This document shows positions 48,044 through 56,647 of a stretch of DNA of 64,000 nt, piece by piece. Location: NCBI GenBank assembly GCA_026387355.1, contig JAPLLW010000012.1, forward strand, positions 62,612 to 126,611, read 5' to 3'. The position numbers and the translations under genes were made by a program. This stretch comes from Candidatus Omnitrophota bacterium (GTDB lineage: Bacteria > Omnitrophota > Gorgyraeia > Gygaellales > Profunditerraquicolaceae). The notes under the pieces are model-generated. The model searched no databases. It saw only the letters and a list, made by a program, of their open reading frames with translations, and had not been told where the DNA came from. Each line of letters starts with the position of its first letter. Positions within the stretch are counted from its first letter, which is position 1.

Positions 48044-48583
48044 ATGAAAGTATTAGTTCATACTTGTTGCGCACCTTGTCTAATTTATCCTTTAGAGTTT
48101 CTTAGGGAGAAGGATATTGATGTAACCGGGTTTTTTTATAATCCAAATATCCACCCGCTTGAGGAATACAACAGGCGCAAAGAAGCCGTAGAAATTATCT
48201 CTCAAGATAAGGATGTTAAGGTTATTTATCCGGAGTATAAACCGGAGGAATATTTTAAGCTTATAAGTAATGCTGAGAATGATTCAGGTAGGTGTGCGAT
48301 TTGTTGGGAAATGCGCTTATTGAAAACAGCGCTCGCTGCTAAAGAGATGGAATTCGATGCAATTACCACCACACTTTTAGTTAGTCCCTACCAAGATCAG
48401 CAATTATTACAGGGCATAGGCGAGCATATCTCCGAAAAGGAGAATATAGATTTTTATTTTAAAGATTTTCGATCAGGTTTTAGAAAAGCCCATGATGAAG
48501 CTAAGAAGCTCGGGATATATTGTCAGAGGTATTGCGGTTGCACCTATTCAGAGTTGGAAAGGCAAAAGAAAAGGGTTAAGTAG
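48044..48583 (+). CDS. queH: Epoxyqueuosine reductase QueH (DUF208)
   Basis: 'VLVHTCCAPCLIYPLE', later conserved Cys residues, and the 179-aa size. Confidence 0.8.
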   Translation: MKVLVHTCCAPCLIYPLEFLREKDIDVTGFFYNPNIHPLEEYNRRKEAVEIISQDKDVKVIYPEYKPEEYFKLISNAENDSGRCAICWEMRLLKTALAAKEMEFDAITTTLLVSPYQDQQLLQGIGEHISEKENIDFYFKDFRSGFRKAHDEAKKLGIYCQRYCGCTYSELERQKKRVK

Positions 48584-49750
48584 ATGAAAAGGGGGTTTAT
48601 TTTATTTCTAATCGTTTTAATTCTCCCGTTTAGCGCTTTTGCTCAAGGAGCTAACGGCGTTTTAAATAAGGGTCTGTGGGTTAGCGTATTTTCTAAGGGC
48701 AAAGTATTATATTCCAAGGAAGCCGTAATTAAACTTATTGATACTTGCAAGAGATCAGGTATTAACCAGATATATTTACAGGTTTATCAATCCGGCAATG
48801 CTTACTATAATACTAAAATCGCTGATCGCACAAAATACGAAGATCTGGTAAAAGCAGCAGGAGTTGATACTATAGATTTTCTACTGCAGGAAGCCGCTAA
48901 GAACAATATCAAGGTATTTGCCTGGGTTAATCTATTGAGCCTTGGGCAGAATGAAAACGCTTATATACTTAAGAAATTTGGCAGCGATATTTTAACCCGG
49001 GATCAGTATGGAAGGCCTTCTGGCCGAAAAGATGCGAATGATTCAGATAAATATTTCTTGCGAGAAGAACAGATCTTTCTTGAGCCGGGTGATGAACGCG
49101 TAGCTAAGCAGCTAATCACAATCACAGAAGAGATAATTTACAGGTATCCTGCATTTAGCGGAGTGCATCTTGATTATGCGCGATATCCTATGACCGTTCC
49201 TTTTATCCCGGGCTCAAGATTTACTAAGCAGGGATTAACTTATGGATACGGGAAGAAGAATGTTGAGCATTTTAAGTGGATAGAAGGTCAAGATCCATTA
49301 AGCGGGCTAGAAACCGATGTTGATTATTTTAAGTGGGACCAGTGGAGGAGGAATCAGATTACAAGTTTGATTAAAAGAATATCTACTCATGTAAAGAAGC
49401 GTTCTCCCGGGATACTGGTCTCATGTGCCGTAATACCTGCAAGTGAACGTGCTTATGCCAGTATGTTTCAGGATTGGCCATATTGGCTTGAGGAAGGCCT
49501 CCTTGATTACGTAGTTTTAATGAATTATTCGCAGGACAATCAATTATCGAAAGAGATTGTTAAATCAGCTTTAGGCCTAAGGGATAAGGGAAAGGTATTT
49601 ATAGGGATCGGAGCTTTCCTGATCAAAGATAACCAGCGAATCCTTGAGCAGTATAAGATTGTCAAGAAATTAAACCCGGACGGTATAGTTCTCTTTTCCT
49701 ACGATGACATTACTGATGAGTTAGCCGACTCTATCGGTCAAATCAAATGA
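48584..49750 (+). CDS. Secreted glycoside-hydrolase-like family 10 (GHL10/YngK-like) protein
   Basis: A signal peptide and the TIM-barrel GHL10-type motifs 'GINQIYLQVY', 'VFAWVNLL' and 'GVHLDYARYP'. Confidence 0.6.
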   Translation: MKRGFILFLIVLILPFSAFAQGANGVLNKGLWVSVFSKGKVLYSKEAVIKLIDTCKRSGINQIYLQVYQSGNAYYNTKIADRTKYEDLVKAAGVDTIDFLLQEAAKNNIKVFAWVNLLSLGQNENAYILKKFGSDILTRDQYGRPSGRKDANDSDKYFLREEQIFLEPGDERVAKQLITITEEIIYRYPAFSGVHLDYARYPMTVPFIPGSRFTKQGLTYGYGKKNVEHFKWIEGQDPLSGLETDVDYFKWDQWRRNQITSLIKRISTHVKKRSPGILVSCAVIPASERAYASMFQDWPYWLEEGLLDYVVLMNYSQDNQLSKEIVKSALGLRDKGKVFIGIGAFLIKDNQRILEQYKIVKKLNPDGIVLFSYDDITDELADSIGQIK

Positions 49751-49765
49751 TCCCTCTTTGAAATA

Positions 49766-50755
49766 ATGAAACTATCTAGCTTCGATTATAGCCTCCCCAA
49801 AGAATTAATTGCCCAGTATCCACTAGAAAAGCGCGAATCTGCAAAGCTTATGGTAGTTAAGCGCTCAACGCTAACTATAGAGCATTGCGTATTTAAAGAC
49901 CTGGGTAATTTTCTAAAAAAAGACGATCTTTTAGTTTTAAATGATACAAAGGTGCTAACCTGTCGACTCATCGGGCATAAGGCGACCGGAGGCAAGGTTG
50001 AAGTTTTGTTAACTAAGCGTAAATCCGGATCCATTTTTGAAGCAATGATTCAGCCCAGTCGGACAAAAGTCGGAGAGAAGATAATTTTTGGCCAGGGTAA
50101 AATAACCGGAATAGTCTCAAACCGTAGGGAGATATCTTTTAAGGTTAGCGATGCCAATGATATTTATAAGCTGGGTCAGGTGCCGCTGCCTCCTTATATC
50201 AGGAGAGAACCTGAAGAATTGGACAAAGAATATTATCAGACAGTTTATGCTGATAAAGAAGGAGCTATTGCATCACCTACAGCAGGATTACATTTTACCG
50301 ATGGATTACTTAAAGATTTAAGCGCAAGCGGAATCAATATTGCATATTTAACTTTGCATGTCGGCGTAGGCACATTTAAGCCGGTAGTTACTGATGATAT
50401 AACTGAGCATAGAATGGAACCGGAGTATTTTCAGGTTCCTGAGAATACGAAGCAAAAAGTAGAAGAGGCGCGTAAGGTTAAGGCGCGTATTATTGCCGTA
50501 GGCACAACTTCTCTGCGCGCGCTTGAAACATATGCTAATGGAGTTAAAGAAGGGCAAACGGATCTATTTATTTATCCCGGGTATAAATTTAAATTGGTAG
50601 ACAGCCTTTTAACTAATTTTCATCTGCCCAAGACTACGCTTTTTATGCTTGTTTGTGCTTTTGTCGGAGAGAAGCTGATGAAAGAGGCGTATCAAGAGGC
50701 AGTAGATAAGAAATACAGGTTTTACAGTTACGGCGATACGATGTTGATTATTTGA
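49766..50755 (+). CDS. queA: S-adenosylmethionine:tRNA ribosyltransferase-isomerase
   Basis: 'FDYSLPKELIAQYPLEKRESAKLMV', 'TLHVGVGTF' and 'AVGTTSLRALE'. Confidence 0.9.
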   Translation: MKLSSFDYSLPKELIAQYPLEKRESAKLMVVKRSTLTIEHCVFKDLGNFLKKDDLLVLNDTKVLTCRLIGHKATGGKVEVLLTKRKSGSIFEAMIQPSRTKVGEKIIFGQGKITGIVSNRREISFKVSDANDIYKLGQVPLPPYIRREPEELDKEYYQTVYADKEGAIASPTAGLHFTDGLLKDLSASGINIAYLTLHVGVGTFKPVVTDDITEHRMEPEYFQVPENTKQKVEEARKVKARIIAVGTTSLRALETYANGVKEGQTDLFIYPGYKFKLVDSLLTNFHLPKTTLFMLVCAFVGEKLMKEAYQEAVDKKYRFYSYGDTMLII

Positions 50756-50765
50756 AATATATTTA

Positions 50766-50914
50766 GCGTCTGTCTTGTCTTGTTTCTCGCAGGGACGCTT
50801 GTTTTGCCCCAGCGTGGCAAAACTGCGCTCGGGTCGGCTGCGTCGCTCGTCCGCGTTTCACTCGGACACCGTGCCCGCTCCTTGCCGACACGCCCTGCTC
50901 GAAATCAAGCCAAG
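50766..50914 (+). repeat. GC-rich ~150-bp intergenic repeat element, copy B (paralogue of 14788-14937)
   Basis: About 85% identical to copy A. The left end 'GCGTCTGTCTTGTCTTGTTTCTCGCAGG' and right end 'CCTGCTCGAAATCAAGCCAAG' form an imperfect inverted repeat. It has the same internal GTTTTGCC/GGCAAAAC hairpin and begins ~10 nt after the queA stop. Confidence 0.6.
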
Positions 50915-50956
50915 CCATTCGCTAAGCTTAGGCCATATATAAATAATTAAGGTTTA

Positions 50957-51038
50957 AGCGGGTGACGCGGCGACAGGTCCCCTACTTTTCGAGGCGAATA
51001 GCCGAGAACAAGTAGGGTGGCGACGCGGCAGGACCCGC
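50957..51038 (+). repeat. Palindromic GC-rich segment carrying two divergent copies of the 'GTGACAGGACCCG' module flanking an inner CCTACTT/AAGTAGG stem
   Basis: 'AGCGGGTGACGCGGCGACAGGTCCCC' and 'AGGGTGGCGACGCGGCAGGACCCGC' both resemble the module at 48002-48027. The segment abuts, and may overlap, the tgt start. Confidence 0.4.
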
Positions 51039-51056
51039 TTGAAATTAAGAATAAAT

Positions 51057-52190
51057 ATGTTTACTTTAATTCAACAAGACAAAAATAGTAAAGCACGTCT
51101 GGGCAAGCTAGCCACAGAGCATGGCGAAATTGAGACGCCGGTTTTTATGCCTGTTGGTACGCACGCTACTGTTAAAGGACTTTATCCCAAGGATATCTTA
51201 GAGTCTGGCGCGCAGATTATGCTTTCCAACACCTATCATTTATTTCTCCGGCCGGGTATGGATGTTATACGTAAGGCTGGGGGATTGCATAAATTTATCT
51301 CTTGGGAGAAGCCAATACTTACGGATAGCGGGGGATACCAGGTTTTTAGTCTTGCGCTTTTAAGGAAATTAAGCGACAAGGGAGTTGAGTTTCAATCGCA
51401 CATTGACGGATTCAAACATTTTCTCACCCCTGAAGATGTTGTTGATATACAGATTGATTTAGGTTCTGATATTATGATGCCTTTGGATGAGTGCGTGCAT
51501 TATCCCTGCACTAAGGATCATGCTGAGGTAGCCATGAAACGCACGCTTGGCTGGGCAAATCGTTCACGTAAGCATCTGCTTGAGCATAAAAAACATGGTC
51601 CGACAAAGAAACAATTGCTTTTTGGTATTGTGCAGGGAGCAACTTACGATGACCTGCGTAAAATTTGTGCCAAGGAGATTGTGGATATTGATTTTGACGG
51701 TTATGCTATAGGAGGAGTTTCTGTTGGAGAACCCAGCGAGTTAATATATAATATACTTGATTATTCCGCATCGTTACTACCTTCAGAAAAACCACGATAT
51801 GCTATGGGCATAGGCTATCCTCCTGATATTGTTGAGGCGGTGGATAGAGGTATAGATATGTTTGATTGCGTGGTGCCTACGCGTTACGGAAGAAACGGCA
51901 CGGCTTTTACCAGCAGGGGAAAAGTCCCCATTAAGAATGCCGCATACACCGAAGACCTTAGGGCTCTTGATGAGGAGTGCTTGTGTTATGTCTGCAAGAA
52001 TTTCAGCCGTTCATACCTGCGGCATCTATTTAATGCGCAGGAGATGTTAGGGCTTACGCTACTTTCATTGCATAATGTTTATTATTTCTTGGATTTGGCA
52101 CGAAAGATCCGCGAAGCGATTAAGAAAAATCAGTTTAGCGAATTTAAAAAAGAATTTTTATCAAAATATAATAATTCCGCATGCGCATAG
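51057..52190 (+). CDS. tgt: Queuine tRNA-ribosyltransferase
   Basis: 'ETPVFMPVGTHATVKG', the catalytic region 'LTDSGGYQV', and the zinc site 'CLCYVC...H'. The track offers a TTG at 51039 that lies inside the repeat, so the ATG at 51057 is preferred. Confidence 0.88.
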   Translation: MFTLIQQDKNSKARLGKLATEHGEIETPVFMPVGTHATVKGLYPKDILESGAQIMLSNTYHLFLRPGMDVIRKAGGLHKFISWEKPILTDSGGYQVFSLALLRKLSDKGVEFQSHIDGFKHFLTPEDVVDIQIDLGSDIMMPLDECVHYPCTKDHAEVAMKRTLGWANRSRKHLLEHKKHGPTKKQLLFGIVQGATYDDLRKICAKEIVDIDFDGYAIGGVSVGEPSELIYNILDYSASLLPSEKPRYAMGIGYPPDIVEAVDRGIDMFDCVVPTRYGRNGTAFTSRGKVPIKNAAYTEDLRALDEECLCYVCKNFSRSYLRHLFNAQEMLGLTLLSLHNVYYFLDLARKIREAIKKNQFSEFKKEFLSKYNNSACA

Positions 52191-52879
52191 AGATAATCAC
52201 CATATTCCCTAAAATGTTTGAGCCGGTGCTTAATGAATCAATTATTAAAAGAGCGCAAGCTAAGGGTAAGGTTAGATTCTGCATTCATGATTTAAGGGAT
52301 TATACTGACGATAAACACCGTAAAGTCGACGACCGTCCTTTTGGTGGCGGCTCGGGGATGTTGCTTTGCGCTCAACCTATCTTTAAGGCAGTAGAAAAGA
52401 TAAAATCAAAAAATAAGAGAAATAAGTATAGCGTTATCTTATTGTGTCCTCAAGGAAAGAAATTAACCCAGAAGATCTCGACGGATATATCCAAAAGAAA
52501 GAATATTATTTTAATCTGCGGGCATTATGAAGGCGTAGATGAGCGTGTGCGACAGTCGTTAGCGGATGAGGAGATCTCAATAGGCGATTATGTTTTGACC
52601 GGAGGAGAGCTTCCTGCAATGGTTTTGATTGACAGTGTTGTGCGTCTGATTCCGGGTGTACTCGGTGACAAAAATTCCTTGAATTTTGAGTCATTTGAAG
52701 GTAATCTATTAGAACATCCGCATTACACGCGGCCGGCAAACTTTCGAGATATAAGCGTTCCGGAAGTACTTCTTTCAGGAGATCATAAAATGATTGAAGC
52801 CTGGAGGAAGAGGGAGTCATTAAAAAGGACGCAAGAAAGACGGCCTGATCTTTTAAAAAAATCAAGAGAGGAGAAGTAA
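52181..52879 (+). CDS. trmD: tRNA (guanine37-N1)-methyltransferase
   Basis: 'MRIEIITIFPKMFE', the SPOUT knot region 'LICGHYEGVDERV' and 'SIGDYVLTGGELPAMVLIDS'. Confidence 0.9.
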   Translation: MRIEIITIFPKMFEPVLNESIIKRAQAKGKVRFCIHDLRDYTDDKHRKVDDRPFGGGSGMLLCAQPIFKAVEKIKSKNKRNKYSVILLCPQGKKLTQKISTDISKRKNIILICGHYEGVDERVRQSLADEEISIGDYVLTGGELPAMVLIDSVVRLIPGVLGDKNSLNFESFEGNLLEHPHYTRPANFRDISVPEVLLSGDHKMIEAWRKRESLKRTQERRPDLLKKSREEK

Positions 52880-52883
52880 GTAA

Positions 52884-53243
52884 ATGGATAAGATGAAACT
52901 TATTGAGAGTCAGTTTGTTAAAAAAGATCTTCCTGAATTTGTGGTCGGGGATACGGTAAAAGTTTTAACCAGAATACCCGAAGGTCCGGATAAGGTCCGC
53001 CTGCATCCTTTTGAGGGTGTAGTGATCTCTAAAGAAGGTTCCGGGGCGAAGGAGCACTTTACGGTAAGAAAAGTTTCTTACGGCGAAGGGATTGAGCGCG
53101 TATTTCCTTTATATTCACCTAGCATAGAGCGTATTGAGGTTATACACTCCGGTCAGGTTAGAAGGGCAAAGCTCTATTATTTAAGAGGCAAGGTTGGCAA
53201 GCGCGCTACGAAAATCGAAGACAAGCAAGAGAAAAAAGCCTGA
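52884..53243 (+). CDS. rplS: 50S ribosomal protein L19
   Basis: 'FVVGDTVKV...EG..R...FEGVVI' and the 119-aa size. The trmD-rplS order is conserved. Confidence 0.9.
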   Translation: MDKMKLIESQFVKKDLPEFVVGDTVKVLTRIPEGPDKVRLHPFEGVVISKEGSGAKEHFTVRKVSYGEGIERVFPLYSPSIERIEVIHSGQVRRAKLYYLRGKVGKRATKIEDKQEKKA

Positions 53244-53847
53244 TCTGCTTTTCTTTGAGCGCAAGCTTAAGAAAAAAGGCTTTGATTTAATTATCGGTGT
53301 GGATGAGGCAGGGCGTGGTCCGTTGGCAGGTCCGGTGGTGGCAGCAGCAGTAGCGTTAAAAAGTTCGAATTTTGTAAACCGCATAGATGATTCAAAGAAG
53401 CTGACTCCTAAGCTGCGTGAGAAGGCACTACTTGAGATTAACGCAAAATCAATATCCGGTATAAGTATTGTTAGCCATAAGGTGATCGACCGTATAAATA
53501 TTCTAGAAGCAACTAAGCTTGCAATGCGAAGCGCTGTTCTTTCTTTGATAAAAAAAATTAAGGATTTAGAGTCCTTGCGCATACATGTTATTGTTGACGG
53601 TAATTTTATTCCTGATTTAGGTCTACCCTGCACAGCTATTATTAAAGGCGATGCTAAATCAATGAGTATTGCTTGTGCATCAATCCTAGCTAAGGTTACC
53701 CGAGACCGCATTATGGAAGATTTCGATTCGATTTATCCGCAGTACGGTTTTGCTAAACATAAGGGTTACCCCACAAAAGCGCACAGGGAAGTCTTAAGAA
53801 GAATAGGGCCGTCCGTAATACATAGAAAGAGTTTTCACTATGTCTAG
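53194..53847 (+). CDS. rnhB: Ribonuclease HII
   Basis: '[21 protein letters not shown]' carries the DEAGRG catalytic motif. The annotated ATG overlaps rplS by 50 nt, so the true start is uncertain. Confidence 0.85.
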   Translation: MASALRKSKTSKRKKPDLLFFERKLKKKGFDLIIGVDEAGRGPLAGPVVAAAVALKSSNFVNRIDDSKKLTPKLREKALLEINAKSISGISIVSHKVIDRINILEATKLAMRSAVLSLIKKIKDLESLRIHVIVDGNFIPDLGLPCTAIIKGDAKSMSIACASILAKVTRDRIMEDFDSIYPQYGFAKHKGYPTKAHREVLRRIGPSVIHRKSFHYV

Positions 53848-54220
53848 TGACAATCTGGATCTAGGTAGGCAGGCGGAAGAGAGCGCTACGCGTTTTCTTA
53901 AAAGCCATGGGTATAAAATAGTCTGCCGTAATTATAAGATTAAGTTAGGCGAGATCGATATTATCGCAAAAGATAAAGATACGTTTTGTTTTGTGGAGGT
54001 TAAATCTCGTAGAAGTGATAAGTTTGGTTTGCCTGCAGAGGCAGTATCCAGGCTAAAGCAGCTTCAGATTTCCAGGGTTGCTTTAAGTTTTCTGAAAACA
54101 AAAGGAATGTTAGATAGCAAGGCCAGATTTGATGTTGTTGCAATAGATTATTCTAATCCTACGGAAAAGATAGATCTGATTAAAGATGCATTTGAGTTAA
54201 GGGGAGGCTATGCCTACTAA
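53840..54220 (+). CDS. yraN: YraN-family (UPF0102) predicted endonuclease
   Basis: 'GEIDIIAKDKDTFCFVEVKSR' is the YraN signature. The rnhB-yraN adjacency is conserved. Confidence 0.8.
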   Translation: MSSDNLDLGRQAEESATRFLKSHGYKIVCRNYKIKLGEIDIIAKDKDTFCFVEVKSRRSDKFGLPAEAVSRLKQLQISRVALSFLKTKGMLDSKARFDVVAIDYSNPTEKIDLIKDAFELRGGYAY

Positions 54221-54782
54221 AATGTATAAGCAGGGACCAATCGATAAATATATAGACGATCTGGCTGCTAAATTACCGGCTCCGGGTGGCGGATCAGCTG
54301 CTGCTCTTAATGCCTCAATGGGGGCTGCCCTAATCAGTATGGTGGTTAATTTTACTCTCGGTAAACCCAAATACGCAGAATACGAAAAAGAACTCAAAGG
54401 TATTTTGGGTAAATCCGAGAATCTCAAGGGAGAATTTTTAAGGCTCATGGATCTTGATGTAATTGCCTATCAGAGTAAGAATATGCGGGATGCATTAAAT
54501 GTCCCTTTTATGCTAACCAGGCTTTGTTGCGAAGGGCTAAAGCTCTGTCCGCCGCTTTTAAAAATGGGAAATAAAAATCTCATAAGTGATGTGGCAGTAG
54601 CGGCGATAATGCTTGAGTCTGCTTATGCATGCGCCTATTTTAACGTTATTATAAATCTAAATACAATTGCTGATACGAAACTGACTCAGGTAGTAGAAAA
54701 AGAGTTAAAACAAAAAGACAAGATAGTGAAAAAGATAAGAAAAGACGTGGAGGATAAAGTTGGCAAAATTATTAGAGGGTAA
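54210..54782 (+). CDS. Cyclodeaminase/cyclohydrolase-family protein (FTCD C-terminal domain-like, possibly a methenyl-THF cyclohydrolase)
   Basis: 'LPAPGGGSAAALNASMGAAL' is the hallmark of the formiminotransferase-cyclodeaminase C-domain family. It is adjacent to folD. Confidence 0.65.
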   Translation: MPTKMYKQGPIDKYIDDLAAKLPAPGGGSAAALNASMGAALISMVVNFTLGKPKYAEYEKELKGILGKSENLKGEFLRLMDLDVIAYQSKNMRDALNVPFMLTRLCCEGLKLCPPLLKMGNKNLISDVAVAAIMLESAYACAYFNVIINLNTIADTKLTQVVEKELKQKDKIVKKIRKDVEDKVGKIIRG

Positions 54783-55593
54783 ACCCTTAGCTGAAGCGAT
54801 TAAGGAAAAGATCAGGCTTGATGTAGCGGGGATGAGTAAAAAGCCAGTTTTAGCTAGCGTTATTGTAGGAGATAATGCCGGAGCTGCTTCTTATGCGAAA
54901 TCCCAAGCGAAGGTCGCTGAGTCTTTGGGTATCGTTTACCAATTGCATGCTTTGGGTAATGATACTACAGAAGTAACACTAGTTGATTTTATCAAGAAGC
55001 TCAACAACGATAAGGATGTAAACGGGATAATTGTGCAAATGCCCCTTCCTGCGCAGATAGACGCAAAAAAGATTAGCCAGCTGATTGCTCCGGAAAAAGA
55101 TGTTGAAGGAATGCATCCTGCAAATATGGGTAAGATTGTTTTTGAGAAAAGCAAAGTACTTCCTTGCACGCCTGCGGCAGTTGTTGAGTTATTGAATAGT
55201 ACCGGAGTTGACCTTTATGGCAAGGAAGTGGTAGTTGTCGGCCATAGCGAGATCGTGGGTAAGCCGGTCGCGTTATTACTTCTAGATAAATTTGCTACGG
55301 TTACAGTATGCCATATCGGAACTTCTAAGGCAGGAAAACTAGAGGAGCATGTTAAAAAGGCGGAAGTTTTGATTGTAGCTGTTGGCCGCGCCGGATTGAT
55401 CAAGGGTGATTGGGTTAAAGATGGCGCAATTGTAATAGATGTTGGAATTAACAGAGTGGCGGATAAAATTGTGGGGGATGTAGAGTTTGAGGTAGCTGAG
55501 AAAAAGGCTTCCTATATTACACCTGTTCCAGGTGGCGTTGGCCCGCTTACTGTCACTATGCTCATGCGCAACCTCGTTGAGCTAGCTAAGTAA
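54760..55593 (+). CDS. folD: Bifunctional methylene-THF dehydrogenase / methenyl-THF cyclohydrolase
   Basis: 'GIIVQMPLP', 'CTPAAVVELL' and 'VVVGHSEIVGKPVALLL...VTVCH' and 'TPVPGGVGPLTVTML'. Confidence 0.9.
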   Translation: MAKLLEGKPLAEAIKEKIRLDVAGMSKKPVLASVIVGDNAGAASYAKSQAKVAESLGIVYQLHALGNDTTEVTLVDFIKKLNNDKDVNGIIVQMPLPAQIDAKKISQLIAPEKDVEGMHPANMGKIVFEKSKVLPCTPAAVVELLNSTGVDLYGKEVVVVGHSEIVGKPVALLLLDKFATVTVCHIGTSKAGKLEEHVKKAEVLIVAVGRAGLIKGDWVKDGAIVIDVGINRVADKIVGDVEFEVAEKKASYITPVPGGVGPLTVTMLMRNLVELAK

Positions 55594-55600
55594 TATTTAA

Positions 55601-55736
55601 TCCGTTCTTTTCTCGTTTAATTATTTTACGGGTCCTGTCACGGGGCGCTTCTTGCGCTAAGATGCGCTTCGAAGCATCCCCGTGCCACCCGTAAAAAGTA
55701 TAATGTGTACCTGCGAGAAACAAGACAAGGCAGACG
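55601..55736 (+). repeat. GC-rich repeat element, copy C: a long imperfect hairpin (55623-55699) bounded by a degenerate left end and a near-perfect inverted copy of the A/B left TIR at its right end
   Basis: The right end 'CCTGCGAGAAACAAGACAAGGCAGACG' (55710-55736) is the reverse complement of the copy B left end 'CGTCTGTCTTGTCTTGTTTCTCGCAGG' with 1 mismatch. The left end 'TCCGTTCTTTTCTCG' resembles the same TIR. The core hairpin is TTTACGGGT...CACGGGG...GATGC-GCTTCGAAGC-ATC...CCCCGTG...ACCCGTAAA, and it contains the reverse of the GTGACAGGACCCG module. Confidence 0.5.
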
Positions 55737-55749
55737 ATAAATTTATTGG

Positions 55750-56628
55750 TTGAAAAGAATGACCTTCAAAGAGAAAATCCAGGCAAATAAGTTTTTAGTT
55801 ACTTCTGAAATCGGCCCGCCAAAAGGAATTGAATTCAGCCATCTTTTAGAGGATGCAGAATTAATCCGTACCCGCGTAGATGCGATTAATGTTACTGACC
55901 TGCAGAGCTCAGTGATGCGGCTGGGGTCTTTAGCTGTCTGCAGTATTTTAAAACAGAACGGCTTTGAGCCGATATTTCAGATGACCTGCCGCGATAGGAA
56001 CCGCCTGGCCTTACAGTCGGATCTGCTATCAGCAGCTGCTTTTGGAATTGAAAATGTTTTAATGCTTACCGGTGACCATACTACCTTAGGCGACCATCCT
56101 GACGCAAAACCAGTTTTTGATTTAGATTCAGTGCAATTGCTGCAGGTAGCTAAAAAACTCCAGGAAGGCGCTGATATGAAAGGCAATAAGTTAACCGGGG
56201 CTAGCCCTAAGTTTTGCTTGGGCGCGGTTGTTAATCCCGGAGCTGATCCAATTGAGCCGCAGATCATAAAGATGGAGAAAAAGATTGCTGCGGGCGCAGA
56301 GTTCTTTCAGACCCAGGCAGTATATGATCTAAAAATCTTCGAGAATTTCTTGAGTAAGACCAGGCATCTTAAAACTAAGATCATGGCCGGGATTGTTTTA
56401 CTTAAATCCGCAGGAATGGCTAAATATATGAATAAGAATGTTGCGGGGGTATTTGTTCCGGATAATCTGATTAAAGAGATGGAAGAGACAAAAGATAAGA
56501 CAGCGCAGTCAATTGAGATTGCCTCGCGCCTGATCAACGAATTAAAGCCTATGTGTGACGGAATACATATTATGCCTATTGGCTGGGATAAGTTAGTCCC
56601 GCGTGTTTTAGACGCTTCAAGTTTATGA
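55750..56628 (+). CDS. metF: 5,10-methylenetetrahydrofolate reductase
   Basis: 'FLVTSEIGPPKG', 'NVLMLTGD' and the 292-aa size. The start may be a TTG at 55750 or the ATG at 55759. Confidence 0.85.
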   Translation: MKRMTFKEKIQANKFLVTSEIGPPKGIEFSHLLEDAELIRTRVDAINVTDLQSSVMRLGSLAVCSILKQNGFEPIFQMTCRDRNRLALQSDLLSAAAFGIENVLMLTGDHTTLGDHPDAKPVFDLDSVQLLQVAKKLQEGADMKGNKLTGASPKFCLGAVVNPGADPIEPQIIKMEKKIAAGAEFFQTQAVYDLKIFENFLSKTRHLKTKIMAGIVLLKSAGMAKYMNKNVAGVFVPDNLIKEMEETKDKTAQSIEIASRLINELKPMCDGIHIMPIGWDKLVPRVLDASSL

Positions 56629-56647
56629 TAATCAAAAGGAGACTTTT

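Noticed and set aside
51039-51056. TTG start for tgt at 51039, as given in the ORF track
   Set aside because: It lies inside the palindromic repeat module, and the conserved Tgt N-terminus aligns better from the ATG at 51057. The shorter start is preferred.
53181-53711. 176-aa ORF on the minus strand, antisense to rnhB
   Set aside because: No recognisable motifs and a low-complexity composition. It is fully embedded in a well-supported + strand gene (RNase HII with the DEAGRG motif). Most likely a chance open frame.
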